Source: a virus
Reading direction: 5' to 3' (one strand)
IMG/VR virus record: IMGVR_UViG_3300028559_002342
Location: 2,675 to 66,674 of that record
DNA length: 64,000 nt
Shown here: piece after piece, positions 30,224-40,831 of the stretch
Layout of the letters: every line of letters starts with the position of its first letter
How positions within the stretch are numbered: the first letter of the stretch is position 1
Program-made: the position numbers and the translations under genes
The notes under the pieces: model-generated
Databases searched by the model: none
Seen by the model: only the letters and a program-made list of their open reading frames with translations
What the model was told of the DNA's origin: nothing

Positions 30224-31268
30224 TAATTTAATTCTGCCTGTTGCCGGCAAGTCATCCCGATTTCCAAACATGAGGCCAAAGTGGATGCTCACACATCCCA
30301 ATGGCAATTTTATGCTCATAGAAGCTCTCAAGGGGTTAAATCTTAAGAAATTTAATAAAATTTATGTTATTATTCTTAAGAAGCATTTAGATGAATATAA
30401 CTTTGAAAGTGGCTTGCGGCAGCAATTCAAAGGCATTGGCATTAGCAATATTAACCTTGTGGCTCTTGCAAATGAAACAGAATCACAAGCTCAAACAGTG
30501 TATGAGGGAATTTTAAAAGGTAAGATATCTGGCAGCATATGCATCAAGGATTGTGATAATTATTTTTCTTTTGACCATAATTTAGAGAATTTTATATCTG
30601 TGGAGCATCTCTCAAGTTTTAATGAAATTAACCCATCCAATAAAAGCTATGTGCAGACAAATGAGCTGGGACATGTTGTGAATATTGCTGAAAAACAAAT
30701 AATAAGCAATATATTTTGCACCGGTTGTTATGGGTTTAGTTCATCTGAAGATTTTAAAAAATACTTCTTACTTTTAAAAGATAAAAAAGATTTGTACATA
30801 TCTCACATTGTTTACAAAATGATTCTTGATGGTATTATTTTCAGGGCGTTCAAGTGCAGTAATTATTTGGACTGGGGTACCAAGACAGAATGGGACAAAT
30901 ACAGATCACAATATAAAACATTTTTTATAGATTTAGATGGAGTTTTGGTTGAAAATGGATCGGAGCATTTTGATCCTAAATGGGGCCAAACCAATGTCAT
31001 TAAAAATAATGCAGAGCTTATTCGCAATCTCTATTCGTCTGGTAAAGTGCAGATTATTATAACCACTTCCAGAAAATCATATTTTAAGAAGCAAATTATT
31101 AAAGAATTAAAACAAAAAAATATTCCCTACCATCAACTTGTATTAGATCTATTACATGCTAAACGTATCCTAATCAACGACTTTTCTTGTACAAATAAGT
31201 ATCCAACTAGCATTTCAATTAATATTCCTAGAAATAGTGATACATTAGATAACTTTATAACCTCATGA
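30216..31268 (+). CDS. Sugar-phosphate nucleotidyltransferase fused to a HAD phosphatase
   Basis: PVAGKSSRF..PK and DCD in the N-domain; DLDGVL, TTSR and IND in the C-domain. Confidence 0.82.
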   Translation: MNSNLILPVAGKSSRFPNMRPKWMLTHPNGNFMLIEALKGLNLKKFNKIYVIILKKHLDEYNFESGLRQQFKGIGISNINLVALANETESQAQTVYEGILKGKISGSICIKDCDNYFSFDHNLENFISVEHLSSFNEINPSNKSYVQTNELGHVVNIAEKQIISNIFCTGCYGFSSSEDFKKYFLLLKDKKDLYISHIVYKMILDGIIFRAFKCSNYLDWGTKTEWDKYRSQYKTFFIDLDGVLVENGSEHFDPKWGQTNVIKNNAELIRNLYSSGKVQIIITTSRKSYFKKQIIKELKQKNIPYHQLVLDLLHAKRILINDFSCTNKYPTSISINIPRNSDTLDNFITS

Positions 31269-32110
31269 AAATATTATTCTCTCTCACGGTGCACGATTTT
31301 TTTCCGTTCTTAAAAGAACAAATAGACAACATTTTAAAATTTAATAATGACTGCATAGTTTTAATACATGTAAATAAAGAAAGAGAAATTACTAGTGAAG
31401 AGCAGTGCATATTTGACGAAATACTTAAAGATGAAAGAATCATTTTTAACATTAACAGAGTTGTCTCTTATAATTACAAGGTACATCTCCCTCAAATAGC
31501 AAACGTATTATTTGCAAAGGCAATACAGTATGACTATTTAGTTATGCTGGCATCTAATGAAATGTTTTTTAGAAGAGGATGTGTAGATTATATAAAAAAA
31601 TATGATGCAGGTTGTGGTATTAATATTGCAACCGAAATGCATGATGGCATGGATTGTGCGATTGCACTAAAACAATTTTTAAATGGTCATAATGTCTACA
31701 ACGGGCAACATGAAGGTACTTTCTATAAAAAGCATATAATAGAGCAAGTAGTAGATAGAATATTAGCATTTAAAGCTAAGGAAGAATTACATTCATTAAA
31801 GGGTACAGTCGAGGAATGGGTATTTCAAACTGCTTTACACAATTTATTTAAAGATATTAAGATAGGATATCCTATCACTATTCTTAGAGATAGGGCTCCA
31901 GGCTTACTAGAAGCAGATGTTGAAAGAGGAATAAGCAAGGTAGAGCAGTTTATAGCAGAATTAAGATCTAATGGAGAAGTGAATAGTACTTATGTACTAC
32001 AAACTCCTATTAAGAGTATATTCTCCATAAAACGAGTTTCTAGAAATTACGGAAAAGATTATCATGATGCTATTAATAAGTTCTTGAAAAATTTAAATCC
32101 TAATATATAA
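31265..32110 (+). CDS. Glycan-related hypothetical protein
   Basis: IVLIHV, LASNEMF and EE motifs; last gene of the glycosylation operon. Confidence 0.5.
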   Translation: MKILFSLTVHDFFPFLKEQIDNILKFNNDCIVLIHVNKEREITSEEQCIFDEILKDERIIFNINRVVSYNYKVHLPQIANVLFAKAIQYDYLVMLASNEMFFRRGCVDYIKKYDAGCGINIATEMHDGMDCAIALKQFLNGHNVYNGQHEGTFYKKHIIEQVVDRILAFKAKEELHSLKGTVEEWVFQTALHNLFKDIKIGYPITILRDRAPGLLEADVERGISKVEQFIAELRSNGEVNSTYVLQTPIKSIFSIKRVSRNYGKDYHDAINKFLKNLNPNI

Positions 32111-32117
32111 TCAATTT

Positions 32118-32705
32118 ATGATTATTTCTGACATTAAAACATACGACGGGACATTATTACACTCTAGATTTGCATATAAATTTTTTAGAGAAAAGACATT
32201 GCCCATTGGCAACATCATTGCTTTTAGAGCTCCAATGAAAGTGGAGGTGGAGGGAATGATAGACCGTGAAGATGTTTTAAACAACGACTACATATACAGT
32301 GATGATGCAATTAATTTTCTCTGGGAGATACCTTATCTGGATGCATTTGGTGCAGTAGCTTACCAGCGTCTCCTCAATACGCAAATTGCAAATATTTTAA
32401 GTGTAAAATATCTGAACGCACCCATTGAAGTAAATGGTGATGACCTCATTGTGCACAAGGAACATATGCAAGGTGGTGTGACACAGGCCAAAGGCAAATG
32501 CAGTGTCAGTATCACATACACCAAGAATGGTGTTGCTTTGGGTCATACCGGAATCAATATCAATGCAGGAAAGAAAGCTCCAGCATTTGCCTTCTCAACT
32601 AATCTAACTGATGACCAAGCAAAAATGTTTATGCAAGAGGTAATCAATTTGTTCTATGCAATGAATGATGATATCTTTATTGCCACCTCTAAAGTTATCA
32701 GTTAA
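32118..32705 (+). CDS. DUF366-like protein (lipoate/biotin-ligase fold)
   Basis: YDG..L, IIAFR, AYQRL, GDDL, KCSVSI and HTGINI motifs. Confidence 0.7.
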   Translation: MIISDIKTYDGTLLHSRFAYKFFREKTLPIGNIIAFRAPMKVEVEGMIDREDVLNNDYIYSDDAINFLWEIPYLDAFGAVAYQRLLNTQIANILSVKYLNAPIEVNGDDLIVHKEHMQGGVTQAKGKCSVSITYTKNGVALGHTGININAGKKAPAFAFSTNLTDDQAKMFMQEVINLFYAMNDDIFIATSKVIS

Positions 32706-33079
32706 TGACAATATTTGATTTTATCTCAAACATACTCTTTACCAAGAAACATAATAATATTGATTTGGATGATGAGACAGAGTTTACTCCATTCATTGTC
32801 AACAGATGGTTGAGCATGTATTCACCACAAGTAGCAAGTGTCTGCAATGATATAAACAAATATTATAGCATTTTTGACAACAAGCAGGATTTGTATAAGC
32901 TTTTTTTTGGCATAGTTCCAAAGGTGCCTTCCAAGAAAATAACTTATTTCAAGAGAATAAAAGAAACAAAGGATCAATCCAATACTGATACCTTGAAGCT
33001 CATGGCAAAAACACGCGAACTTTCGTTAAGAGAGATCAAAGAGTACGTTGAATTATGCAATGATGTAACTAAATCATAA
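32705..33079 (+). CDS. 62: Clamp-loader small subunit-like protein
   Basis: FDF..I..K, PFIVNRWLSM and a C-terminal S.RE..EY pattern resembling T4 gp62. Confidence 0.6.
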   Translation: MTIFDFISNILFTKKHNNIDLDDETEFTPFIVNRWLSMYSPQVASVCNDINKYYSIFDNKQDLYKLFFGIVPKVPSKKITYFKRIKETKDQSNTDTLKLMAKTRELSLREIKEYVELCNDVTKS

Positions 33080-33080
33080 T

Positions 33081-33542
33081 ATGCCTGCAGACATTGAATC
33101 ATTGCCTGTACAGAAAAGTGTCATTGACTTTTCAGAACTACCCAAAAATTCATTTAATTCAGTATTCTATGGTTATAACCTCAAAGCTGTTCTTGATGAT
33201 GTTTTGCTAGTAAAACATGTCGATGAGACTGAAGATGGTACATCTATCATGAGAAACGGTATTGTTGTTCCAGTTAATGCTGATACCAAGGCTTGGCGCA
33301 TTGGTGAAGTGATACTTGTGGGTCCCAACGCTAAATATGTAAAACTGGGTGATCATGTCTGTTTTCCAAACAACCTAGGTGTGCCTGTAGCCAATCTTGA
33401 CATTGATGGCTATGGAACACTCAAGAAAGGTCTATTCTTAAATGAGCAACGTATTTTCGGCATCTGTTCAATAAGAAATGATAATGAAAGTGTCGCTTCC
33501 CACATTAAAAAATCTTCTGTTAAGCAACGTAGCAGAGATTAA
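33081..33542 (+). CDS. GroES/gp31-like co-chaperonin
   Basis: D.LLV, GIVVP, GEVILVGP...VKLGDHV and FLNEQRIFG motifs. Confidence 0.8.
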   Translation: MPADIESLPVQKSVIDFSELPKNSFNSVFYGYNLKAVLDDVLLVKHVDETEDGTSIMRNGIVVPVNADTKAWRIGEVILVGPNAKYVKLGDHVCFPNNLGVPVANLDIDGYGTLKKGLFLNEQRIFGICSIRNDNESVASHIKKSSVKQRSRD

Positions 33543-33861
33543 ATTTCTCCGCCGCCGCCCCAAGCCTGGGTTTCCACAGAGCAGGCGAATGTTGTGTACC
33601 AACTCCCTGTCGTTGCTCAGCAGTCCCGAAGGACGCATTGCTTTGAATTACCGTCGTGCGATTAATTACCCAAAATATAACCCAGAGACCAAGACGCTGT
33701 TAATTACTTGGGATATTTTTATGCAAGATTACAGGTGTGTCAACATGTCAGCTTGCGATTTAATAAATGTGATCCCGGCAAATAAAAGCTTTTGGCAATA
33801 TTTTAATGAGCAACTTGGAGTGATGTCCACAGATCAAAAAGTAAGGTTCATGAACACATGA
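33484..33861 (+). CDS. Conserved phage hypothetical protein (SH3-like)
   Basis: EIKF.R...RRMLCT...WDI..QDYR pattern. Confidence 0.6.
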   Translation: MKVSLPTLKNLLLSNVAEIKFLRRRPKPGFPQSRRMLCTNSLSLLSSPEGRIALNYRRAINYPKYNPETKTLLITWDIFMQDYRCVNMSACDLINVIPANKSFWQYFNEQLGVMSTDQKVRFMNT

Positions 33862-34205
33862 CATCAATAGAAGAGATAGAGAGGAATATTTCTAAATTTT
33901 TGCAAAAAAATATAGTGTTTACTATTGAGCATAAGACTCTCAAGAAAGGCAGATTGCTTTTGTTTTGTGTTAAGGATTTCTTTTGCGCATTCACATTGTT
34001 GTGCGAAGAAAAAAATAATAAAAAGATTGTGTATGAAATACCCTACCCCTTTGATGTTGCGGTAATGCCAAATAAATTAATCTTTGACTACACCTTAAAG
34101 CGGTTCTGCAAGAATAATACAGAACTGGAAGAGGCAGTTAAGTTGATATTGCCAGAAAAGCCATCCAAAATTTTCAATAAAAAGATTACCATAACATCGC
34201 TTTAA
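33858..34205 (+). CDS. Hypothetical protein
   Basis: ORF coupled to the previous gene; YEIPYPF. Confidence 0.55.
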   Translation: MTSIEEIERNISKFLQKNIVFTIEHKTLKKGRLLLFCVKDFFCAFTLLCEEKNNKKIVYEIPYPFDVAVMPNKLIFDYTLKRFCKNNTELEEAVKLILPEKPSKIFNKKITITSL

Positions 34206-34233
34206 TACTGGAGAGGTTAGTATATAATGAGTT

Positions 34234-35865
34234 GTGTTCAGTAGATACGTTCAGCACTTTCCTAAAGAATATAATCCCAGTGATCACCAAGTAAAACTCA
34301 TCAAAGGGGTGGAGAAGGCGTTCAATAGTGGCAAGAAGTTCGTTATATGTTGTGCGCCAACAGGCACAGGAAAGAGTTTCTTGGCCAAAACGCTTTCAGG
34401 GCTAAGCTCCAATCCAACTGAAAAGTTTGTCAATTTTGTAAAAAGCTATGCAGCCTACAGGCAGGATTTCACTGGCAACTATATCAATGAAGTTGACTGT
34501 ATCTCTCAGCCACCGTTTGGTACTTTTGCTCTCACAATAACCAAATCTTTGCAAGATCAATATTTGAAACTGTTTCCAGATACTGATGTCCTCAAAGGTA
34601 AAACCAATTATCTTTGTGATATAGACAATAATTATGATGTTGAAACAGCTCCTTGTGTGCTGGTTCCAAAGATCAAAGAAGATTGTTGGGAACAAAATCG
34701 TTGCCCCTATTATAACAAACGCAATGATGCAGTTTTATCTAAGTTTGCTGTTTTAAACTACAAGATGTTTCTCTCGCTACCAAATCATATCAAAAGAAAA
34801 AATTTTATTATTTGTGATGAAGCCTCAGAGCTTGAAGATGAGCTTGTAAAACAATTTTCTGCAGAAATAAACTATGATAGACTTCGTGCATATGGTCTTG
34901 AGGTGCCAACTCTTTTAACTGAGAATCGTGAAAAAACGCGCTCATGGCTTTGTGATCTTGTATTTTCAATAAGCGAGCAGATCAATCAACTTATCAACAA
35001 GGCAAATAAAAAGCAGAGAACATTTTCCCAGCCAGAAAAGATAAGAGTGCAATATCTTAAGAATATTCACAGTGCTCTTACAACTGTTGATACATTGTGG
35101 TGTGAGTGTGAATATGTCATTGATCGAGATTCTAAGAAAGTATTATTCACCCCACTCAAAGTCTGCAAGCTTACCAAATATATTTTCGATTGTGCAGATA
35201 ATGTCTTATTAATGTCGGCAACCATCATTGATCATAAAAACTTTGCAAAAACATTAGGCATTACAGATTATGAGTATGTGGAAGTGGAGAGCGGATTTGA
35301 TCCACAAAAATCACCAATTTATGTGTCATCACAAAACAAGTTAAATTATAAAAACTTACATCACATGCTTCCTGGCATATGTGATCAAATCAGTGCCATT
35401 GTTGAACATCATAAAACTGAAAAGGGTATCATCCATACCCATTCCATGGAAATAACCAAAATGATCAATCAAAGATTGTCTGCAAATAAGCGGTTTTTAT
35501 TCAGAGATGAATTGGCTAATAATGGGAGCATTTTAAAAGAGCATTATGAGACAGATTTACCTACTGTACTTGTGTCGCCATCACTGGCTTTTGGTGTGGA
35601 TCTGAAAGATCATCTGGCGCGCTTTCAAATCATAGTGAAGCTGCCTTTTCCACCACTATCATCAAAATATGTTAAACAATTGTTTGATGTAGATAAGAAT
35701 TGGTATGAAAACAAGATGTTAAATGCTTTGGTACAGGCATGCGGCAGAGCCACTAGAAGCAAGGATGATTTTTCCACAACCTACATATTGGATGGAAATG
35801 CTGTTAATGTGTTGAAGCGAGCAAAAACAAAGCTACCTAAGTCCTTTATTGATCGTATTAATTAA
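34234..35865 (+). CDS. DinG/XPD-like SF2 helicase
   Basis: APTGTGKS, KGKTNYLC with a Cys cluster, DEAS, MSAT, GVDL, KLPF and QACGR..RS.DD motifs. Confidence 0.88.
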   Translation: MFSRYVQHFPKEYNPSDHQVKLIKGVEKAFNSGKKFVICCAPTGTGKSFLAKTLSGLSSNPTEKFVNFVKSYAAYRQDFTGNYINEVDCISQPPFGTFALTITKSLQDQYLKLFPDTDVLKGKTNYLCDIDNNYDVETAPCVLVPKIKEDCWEQNRCPYYNKRNDAVLSKFAVLNYKMFLSLPNHIKRKNFIICDEASELEDELVKQFSAEINYDRLRAYGLEVPTLLTENREKTRSWLCDLVFSISEQINQLINKANKKQRTFSQPEKIRVQYLKNIHSALTTVDTLWCECEYVIDRDSKKVLFTPLKVCKLTKYIFDCADNVLLMSATIIDHKNFAKTLGITDYEYVEVESGFDPQKSPIYVSSQNKLNYKNLHHMLPGICDQISAIVEHHKTEKGIIHTHSMEITKMINQRLSANKRFLFRDELANNGSILKEHYETDLPTVLVSPSLAFGVDLKDHLARFQIIVKLPFPPLSSKYVKQLFDVDKNWYENKMLNALVQACGRATRSKDDFSTTYILDGNAVNVLKRAKTKLPKSFIDRIN

Positions 35866-35876
35866 TAAATAATATC

Positions 35877-36686
35877 GTGAAGAACGAAACGTTTCATTTT
35901 GAAATCAAAGATCTACTGACTCAGTTTGTAGCTGCTTTTGATGACATCATCATCAAGCGCTTTGATAGAAACAGAACACCTCAACAAAGAGTGCAAGTCA
36001 GATATGTATATGCACCCAAAGAGCGTGTAATATATGATTTAGTAAACAAGGCTCAAAATCTAACTGTGCCAGTCATATCCATCAACATCAACAGTATCAG
36101 CAGAGATGAAGCACGAGTGTTCAACAAGCTGGCCGGGTTTTACACATCTCGTGGGGTCAGTGAAACAGATACCAGACTAATATCTCAATTTTATCGAACA
36201 CCTGTGCCAGTGAACATACAGATCAACATGTCCATTTTAACAAAATTTCAATCTGATTTGGACCAGATCATATCCAATTTCATACCTTACAGCAACCCCT
36301 ACATTATTCTGTCATGGAAAGTGCCAACAGATTTAATAGGTGGCACTGTGCCTCAAGAGATACGAAGTGAAGTGTTGTGGGATGGAGGGCTTACATTAAA
36401 CTACCCAACAGATTTAGCAGCAAATGAAAAATATAAGATTTCAGGTGATACAGCGTTTACCATCAAAGGATGGCTATTTCCATATGCATCCAATCCATCC
36501 TCCAACATTTACAACATCAACACGAATTTCTATGTATCCAGAATCATCACTGATTTTGAGGCACTATCGAGCAATAGCTACACATACCCATTGAGCTCCA
36601 ATCTAGTTAATGAAAGAGAGAGTTTCACTGTGATGAGCGCACCGGACTTGACAAATGTGGAATACGTTAACATAGAATACTTGTAA
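35877..36686 (+). CDS. 15: Tail sheath stabiliser/terminator
   Basis: F...FDDI.I.R, YAPKE, RTPVPVNI, QI...F.P and FTIKGWLF motifs. Confidence 0.8.
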   Translation: MKNETFHFEIKDLLTQFVAAFDDIIIKRFDRNRTPQQRVQVRYVYAPKERVIYDLVNKAQNLTVPVISININSISRDEARVFNKLAGFYTSRGVSETDTRLISQFYRTPVPVNIQINMSILTKFQSDLDQIISNFIPYSNPYIILSWKVPTDLIGGTVPQEIRSEVLWDGGLTLNYPTDLAANEKYKISGDTAFTIKGWLFPYASNPSSNIYNINTNFYVSRIITDFEALSSNSYTYPLSSNLVNERESFTVMSAPDLTNVEYVNIEYL

Positions 36687-36730
36687 ATAATAGTTTAAGT
36701 CTTATTCTTTAATAATAAATAATATATTAT

Positions 36731-38521
36731 ATGGCAGATTCAAATAGGGAGAGTACTTTCGGCAGAGACATAATGAAGTTTATTTCATCCAAGCTTCCCT
36801 ATCAATCTGTAAGTGTGCATGATAAAATCAAAGCTCTTAATCCAAAGTATGATGAATTCTATGACAAGGGCACAAAGCGAGAAGAAGCATTATCAAGACA
36901 ATCAGTTTCCTCATCAATAACTTTCACAGATGATCTTTATGCAAATGTAGTTCAGAATAAAGATTATCATAATTTCATGTATGCCAACCTGCAACCTGAC
37001 AAAGGTCGCAGATTAGTAGATTACAGAGTGATGGCTGCATTCTCTGAGGTAGCTGACGCATTAGATGAAATATGTGATGAGTTCATCAATGTTGATGACA
37101 ATGGTGACATTGTCAAATTAACATATAAAACAACCAAATTATCAGATGAACAAAAAGAAAAAATAAGAGTCGAATTTCAAAAATACATAGGGTTTTTTGA
37201 TTTGGAAAATAAAGGGTGGGAATATCTCAGACAATTGCTGGTTGATGCTGAAGTTTATTTTGAGCACATAGTTCATAAGAAATTTCCACAAGAAGGCATC
37301 TTGGGTGTAATTACTGTGCCATCAGATCTAATAGATCCCATTTTTGAAAATGTACAGAATCAAATAGTGCGCGGCTTTTTGCTTAGAAAAAATATCTACG
37401 ACACCAAGAATCCAGGCAAAGTGGCCAAGGTTGAACTGGTGCCCATGGACATCAATCAAGTGAGCTATATCAATTCAGGAATTTGGAATGAAACAAAAAC
37501 AGTGCGTCTACCTTTCATTGAGAATTCACGTCGTGCTTACAGACAACTTTCTCTTATTGAGGATTCCATAGTAATTTATCGCCTGGTCCGAGCACCAGAG
37601 CGCCTAGTCTTCAATGTGGATGTGGGTAATATGCCTCCACCCAAAGCAGAAGCTTACTTGCGCAAATTAATGCAGAACTATTGGTCTCGCAGAACATATG
37701 ATGCAGATCAGGGTGCTTCTGTGCAAAAATTCAACCCCCAATCCATGCTTGACAGCTTCTGGTTTGCCAAGAGAGCAGGCAGCACAGGCACTGAAGTGCA
37801 GCAATTGCCTGGTGGTGCCAACCTGGGTGAATTGACCGATTTAATGTATTTTGTGCAAAAGCTTTACAAGTCTCTCAAAGTGCCAGTCACAAGAATAAAT
37901 GTTGAGGATGTGTTCAAGGATGGCACAGATATTCTTCGTGAAGAGTTAAAATTTGCCAGATTCATCATAAGACTGCAGCAAAGATTTGCTGCTGGATTGA
38001 AACCAGGTTTCATAACACATCTGAAGTTAAAAAATATCTGGGATGAACTCAAGCTTAAAGAAGCAGACTTTGAGCTTGTGTTCAATGTGCCAACCAATTT
38101 CTATGAGCTCCGTGAAAATCAAAAATTCCAACTCAAAGCGGAGAATTTCAACAGCATCACACAAGGTGATCTGGTGTCCAAGACATTTGCTCAAAAGAAA
38201 TATTTGGGTTGGTCAGATTCAGACATGATGGCCAATAGAGAGTTTCTTAGAAAAGATAGAGAGATGCTTTGGGAGCTGGATCAAATTACCAACGGTGGAC
38301 CCAATTGGAAAGATCTGGGTGCTGTGCAACCTGGTCAAGGTGGCGGTGCTGGTGAGGCTCCTGGTGGTGGAGGCGGTGGTGCTGGCTCAGCTCTGCCACC
38401 GCAATTTGGACCAGCACCTGCTGCAGCAGGTGCACCTGGCGCTGAAGGTGGTGCAGCTACTGTTGCTGATGGAGGCGCAGCTGCAGCAGGTACAGCAACT
38501 CCTGGTGCACCGACAGCTTAA
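36731..38521 (+). CDS. 20: Portal protein
   Basis: EDSIVIYRLVRAPERLVFNVDVGNMP, LPGGANLG, LYKSLKVP and REELKF; Gly/Ala/Pro-rich tail. Confidence 0.96.
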   Translation: MADSNRESTFGRDIMKFISSKLPYQSVSVHDKIKALNPKYDEFYDKGTKREEALSRQSVSSSITFTDDLYANVVQNKDYHNFMYANLQPDKGRRLVDYRVMAAFSEVADALDEICDEFINVDDNGDIVKLTYKTTKLSDEQKEKIRVEFQKYIGFFDLENKGWEYLRQLLVDAEVYFEHIVHKKFPQEGILGVITVPSDLIDPIFENVQNQIVRGFLLRKNIYDTKNPGKVAKVELVPMDINQVSYINSGIWNETKTVRLPFIENSRRAYRQLSLIEDSIVIYRLVRAPERLVFNVDVGNMPPPKAEAYLRKLMQNYWSRRTYDADQGASVQKFNPQSMLDSFWFAKRAGSTGTEVQQLPGGANLGELTDLMYFVQKLYKSLKVPVTRINVEDVFKDGTDILREELKFARFIIRLQQRFAAGLKPGFITHLKLKNIWDELKLKEADFELVFNVPTNFYELRENQKFQLKAENFNSITQGDLVSKTFAQKKYLGWSDSDMMANREFLRKDREMLWELDQITNGGPNWKDLGAVQPGQGGGAGEAPGGGGGGAGSALPPQFGPAPAAAGAPGAEGGAATVADGGAAAAGTATPGAPTA

Positions 38522-38551
38522 ATTTAAGCTACTTACCCATAAATAATACAT

Positions 38552-39628
38552 ATGGAATGTACAGAGATAACACCGATCACGGCTTTTCAAAGTACCAATC
38601 TATCAAGCAGAATAGACACCTTCACTAGATTGGGCGATAGAATAGTGAGATCCATGGGTGCGCCTCTCATAAATCTCGAAATACATCATGATCAACTGTT
38701 TGAAAACATCTCCATTGCTTGTGAGATGTTCACTAAATTTGCTGGATACACAGAAGAAATATTAATATTTGATTCCAATTTGTACATAGATAATGTAGGC
38801 ATTAGATTGGATGAGCTTTTCACCATCACACCGTATTTTAATAAATTAGTTAAACCACCTTCTGTAGCTTATGTGGCCAACACGACTATGCCTGCCAGTA
38901 CATTTTCAATTTCCAATACACTTTCTGCTGAATACAAGGATGGTATTTTTCAGAATCAAATTTTAACACAAACAAAATATCTGAGTGTAATTAATTTTGA
39001 AGGCACTCTGGCACAAAACTTCACTCCCACCGGTGCCGGTGAACAAAAGTATGTCAATAGTTTTGACTATGATATCATGGAATACAGAAAAGTCATGGAC
39101 ATAATAGATTTTGAAGAAGGTAGCAGCACTGGTGTCAACACACTCTTCACAATTGAACAAACCCTTGCACAACAAACATATTTTAGCTATGCAATGGGTA
39201 ATTATGGGTTTGATTTAATCAGTTGGTATGTGCTTAAGAATTGGCTTAAAGACAGAGAAAAGCTTCTGGCGACCAGAAGATATCTTCAATTCGATGAGCG
39301 TACACAATACCTCACAATGTTCCCGCCTCCGCGCACCCCGGGTTCAGGCTCCAGATTTTTTGGTGTGGTGAATTGTTATGTGGAACGCAGACTCAAGGAT
39401 ATCATCAAAGAGCCTTGGGTTTATCAATATGCATTGGCTTTGTCCAAGATCTCTGTTGGCAATGTGAGAGGAAAATACACTGGCACCACCATGTTTGGTG
39501 GCGGTCAAATTAATTACAATGATTTGCTAAGCCAAGGTTTGCGAGAAAAGGAAGAATTAGAAAAGAGGCTTTATGAAGGAACCCCTGGGTTTGGTGATGC
39601 AGCACCACCCTCCTTCTTTGTTGGCTAA
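38552..39628 (+). CDS. 13: Neck protein
   Basis: MGAPLINLE, WVYQYALAL and GGGQIN motifs. Confidence 0.85.
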   Translation: MECTEITPITAFQSTNLSSRIDTFTRLGDRIVRSMGAPLINLEIHHDQLFENISIACEMFTKFAGYTEEILIFDSNLYIDNVGIRLDELFTITPYFNKLVKPPSVAYVANTTMPASTFSISNTLSAEYKDGIFQNQILTQTKYLSVINFEGTLAQNFTPTGAGEQKYVNSFDYDIMEYRKVMDIIDFEEGSSTGVNTLFTIEQTLAQQTYFSYAMGNYGFDLISWYVLKNWLKDREKLLATRRYLQFDERTQYLTMFPPPRTPGSGSRFFGVVNCYVERRLKDIIKEPWVYQYALALSKISVGNVRGKYTGTTMFGGGQINYNDLLSQGLREKEELEKRLYEGTPGFGDAAPPSFFVG

Positions 39629-40086
39629 TGATACCTCTTAACAACACAAACAAATACAGACAAGGTATTTTTAGGCCTAAGCATCTTAAAAAATACATTG
39701 GCAGGTCTCACCCCATATATCGCTCCGGGTGGGAGCTTAAATTCTTCAGATGGTGTGATGAGAATACCAACATCTTGGAATGGGCTTCTGAAGCAATAAT
39801 CATTCCATACATTAACCCTGTGGATGGCAAGGCTCATAGATATTATACAGATGGTGTAATAGTCATCAAGGAAGGTGATACAATTAAGAAATACATAATA
39901 GAGATCAAGCCCAGCTCGCAATTGGTGGCGCCGGCACGGGGAAAGAAGCGGCAATCCACGTTATTATATGAAAGCGCCAGATACATCCAGAACCAAGCCA
40001 AGTGGAAAGCCGCACGCAAATGGTGTGAAGCAAGAAACTATTCATTCCTCATATTGACAGAGAAAGAGTTAGGATTAAGTAGATAA
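39628..40086 (+). CDS. 4: Head completion nuclease
   Basis: YRSGWE, WASE, IPY, HRYYTD, IEIKP and NQAKWKAA motifs. Confidence 0.92.
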   Translation: MIPLNNTNKYRQGIFRPKHLKKYIGRSHPIYRSGWELKFFRWCDENTNILEWASEAIIIPYINPVDGKAHRYYTDGVIVIKEGDTIKKYIIEIKPSSQLVAPARGKKRQSTLLYESARYIQNQAKWKAARKWCEARNYSFLILTEKELGLSR

Positions 40087-40120
40087 TAAAATTATATGCT
40101 TAAATTAGATAAATAATTGT

Positions 40121-40792
40121 ATGTCCCTACGCCTATTAGTAGAAGCACCTGCTCCTGATGAGCAATTTGAATACATTCTAGAGGAAAAGAATCCTAAAGA
40201 ACCGGCACGCTTGCACATTCAGGGACCTTACATGATATGCAATGAGGTGAATCGCAATCAAAGAATTTATGAAAAATCCGACATGGAGAGAGAAGTTAAC
40301 AGATACATCAAGGAGATGGTCAATACAAATCGCGCCATGGGTGAACTTAACCATCCTGCTTCTGCAGAAGTGAATCTGGAGAGAGCTTGTCACGTGGTGA
40401 CAAACCTCCGGTTGGAAGGCAATGTTGTCATAGGCAAATCACAAGTGCTTAGCACACCCATGGGTCAGATTGTGCGCTCTCTAATCAATGATGGTGTAAA
40501 AGTTGGCATGTCAAGCCGCGCTCTGGGCAAGCTCAATGAAGAATCAGGTGGCGTGAATCGTGTCACTGACATGCGCTTGGTGGCTGTTGACTGTGTTGCA
40601 GATCCCTCGTGCCCCAAAGCATTTGTGAATGGAATCCTGGAAAGCAAACAATTTGTTGTGGCTGCAAATGGTGAACTGGAAGAAATATATAATAAATTTG
40701 AAAACAGTTTGCGGAATTTGCCAAGAAAAGACATGCAGGTGTATCTGAAGGAACAGCTGATCACCTTCTTTAAATTCCTAAAGACTGCATAA
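40121..40792 (+). CDS. 21: Prohead protease
   Basis: NRNQRIY, GELNHP, TPMG, GMSSRALG and D.VADPS motifs. Confidence 0.95.
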   Translation: MSLRLLVEAPAPDEQFEYILEEKNPKEPARLHIQGPYMICNEVNRNQRIYEKSDMEREVNRYIKEMVNTNRAMGELNHPASAEVNLERACHVVTNLRLEGNVVIGKSQVLSTPMGQIVRSLINDGVKVGMSSRALGKLNEESGGVNRVTDMRLVAVDCVADPSCPKAFVNGILESKQFVVAANGELEEIYNKFENSLRNLPRKDMQVYLKEQLITFFKFLKTA

Positions 40793-40831
40793 AATAATGG
40801 AAAATTCCATTGTTTAACAATAAATAATAAT

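Noticed and set aside
38330-38521. GC-rich repetitive DNA at the end of the portal gene
   Set aside because: Explained by a low-complexity Gly/Ala/Pro protein tail.
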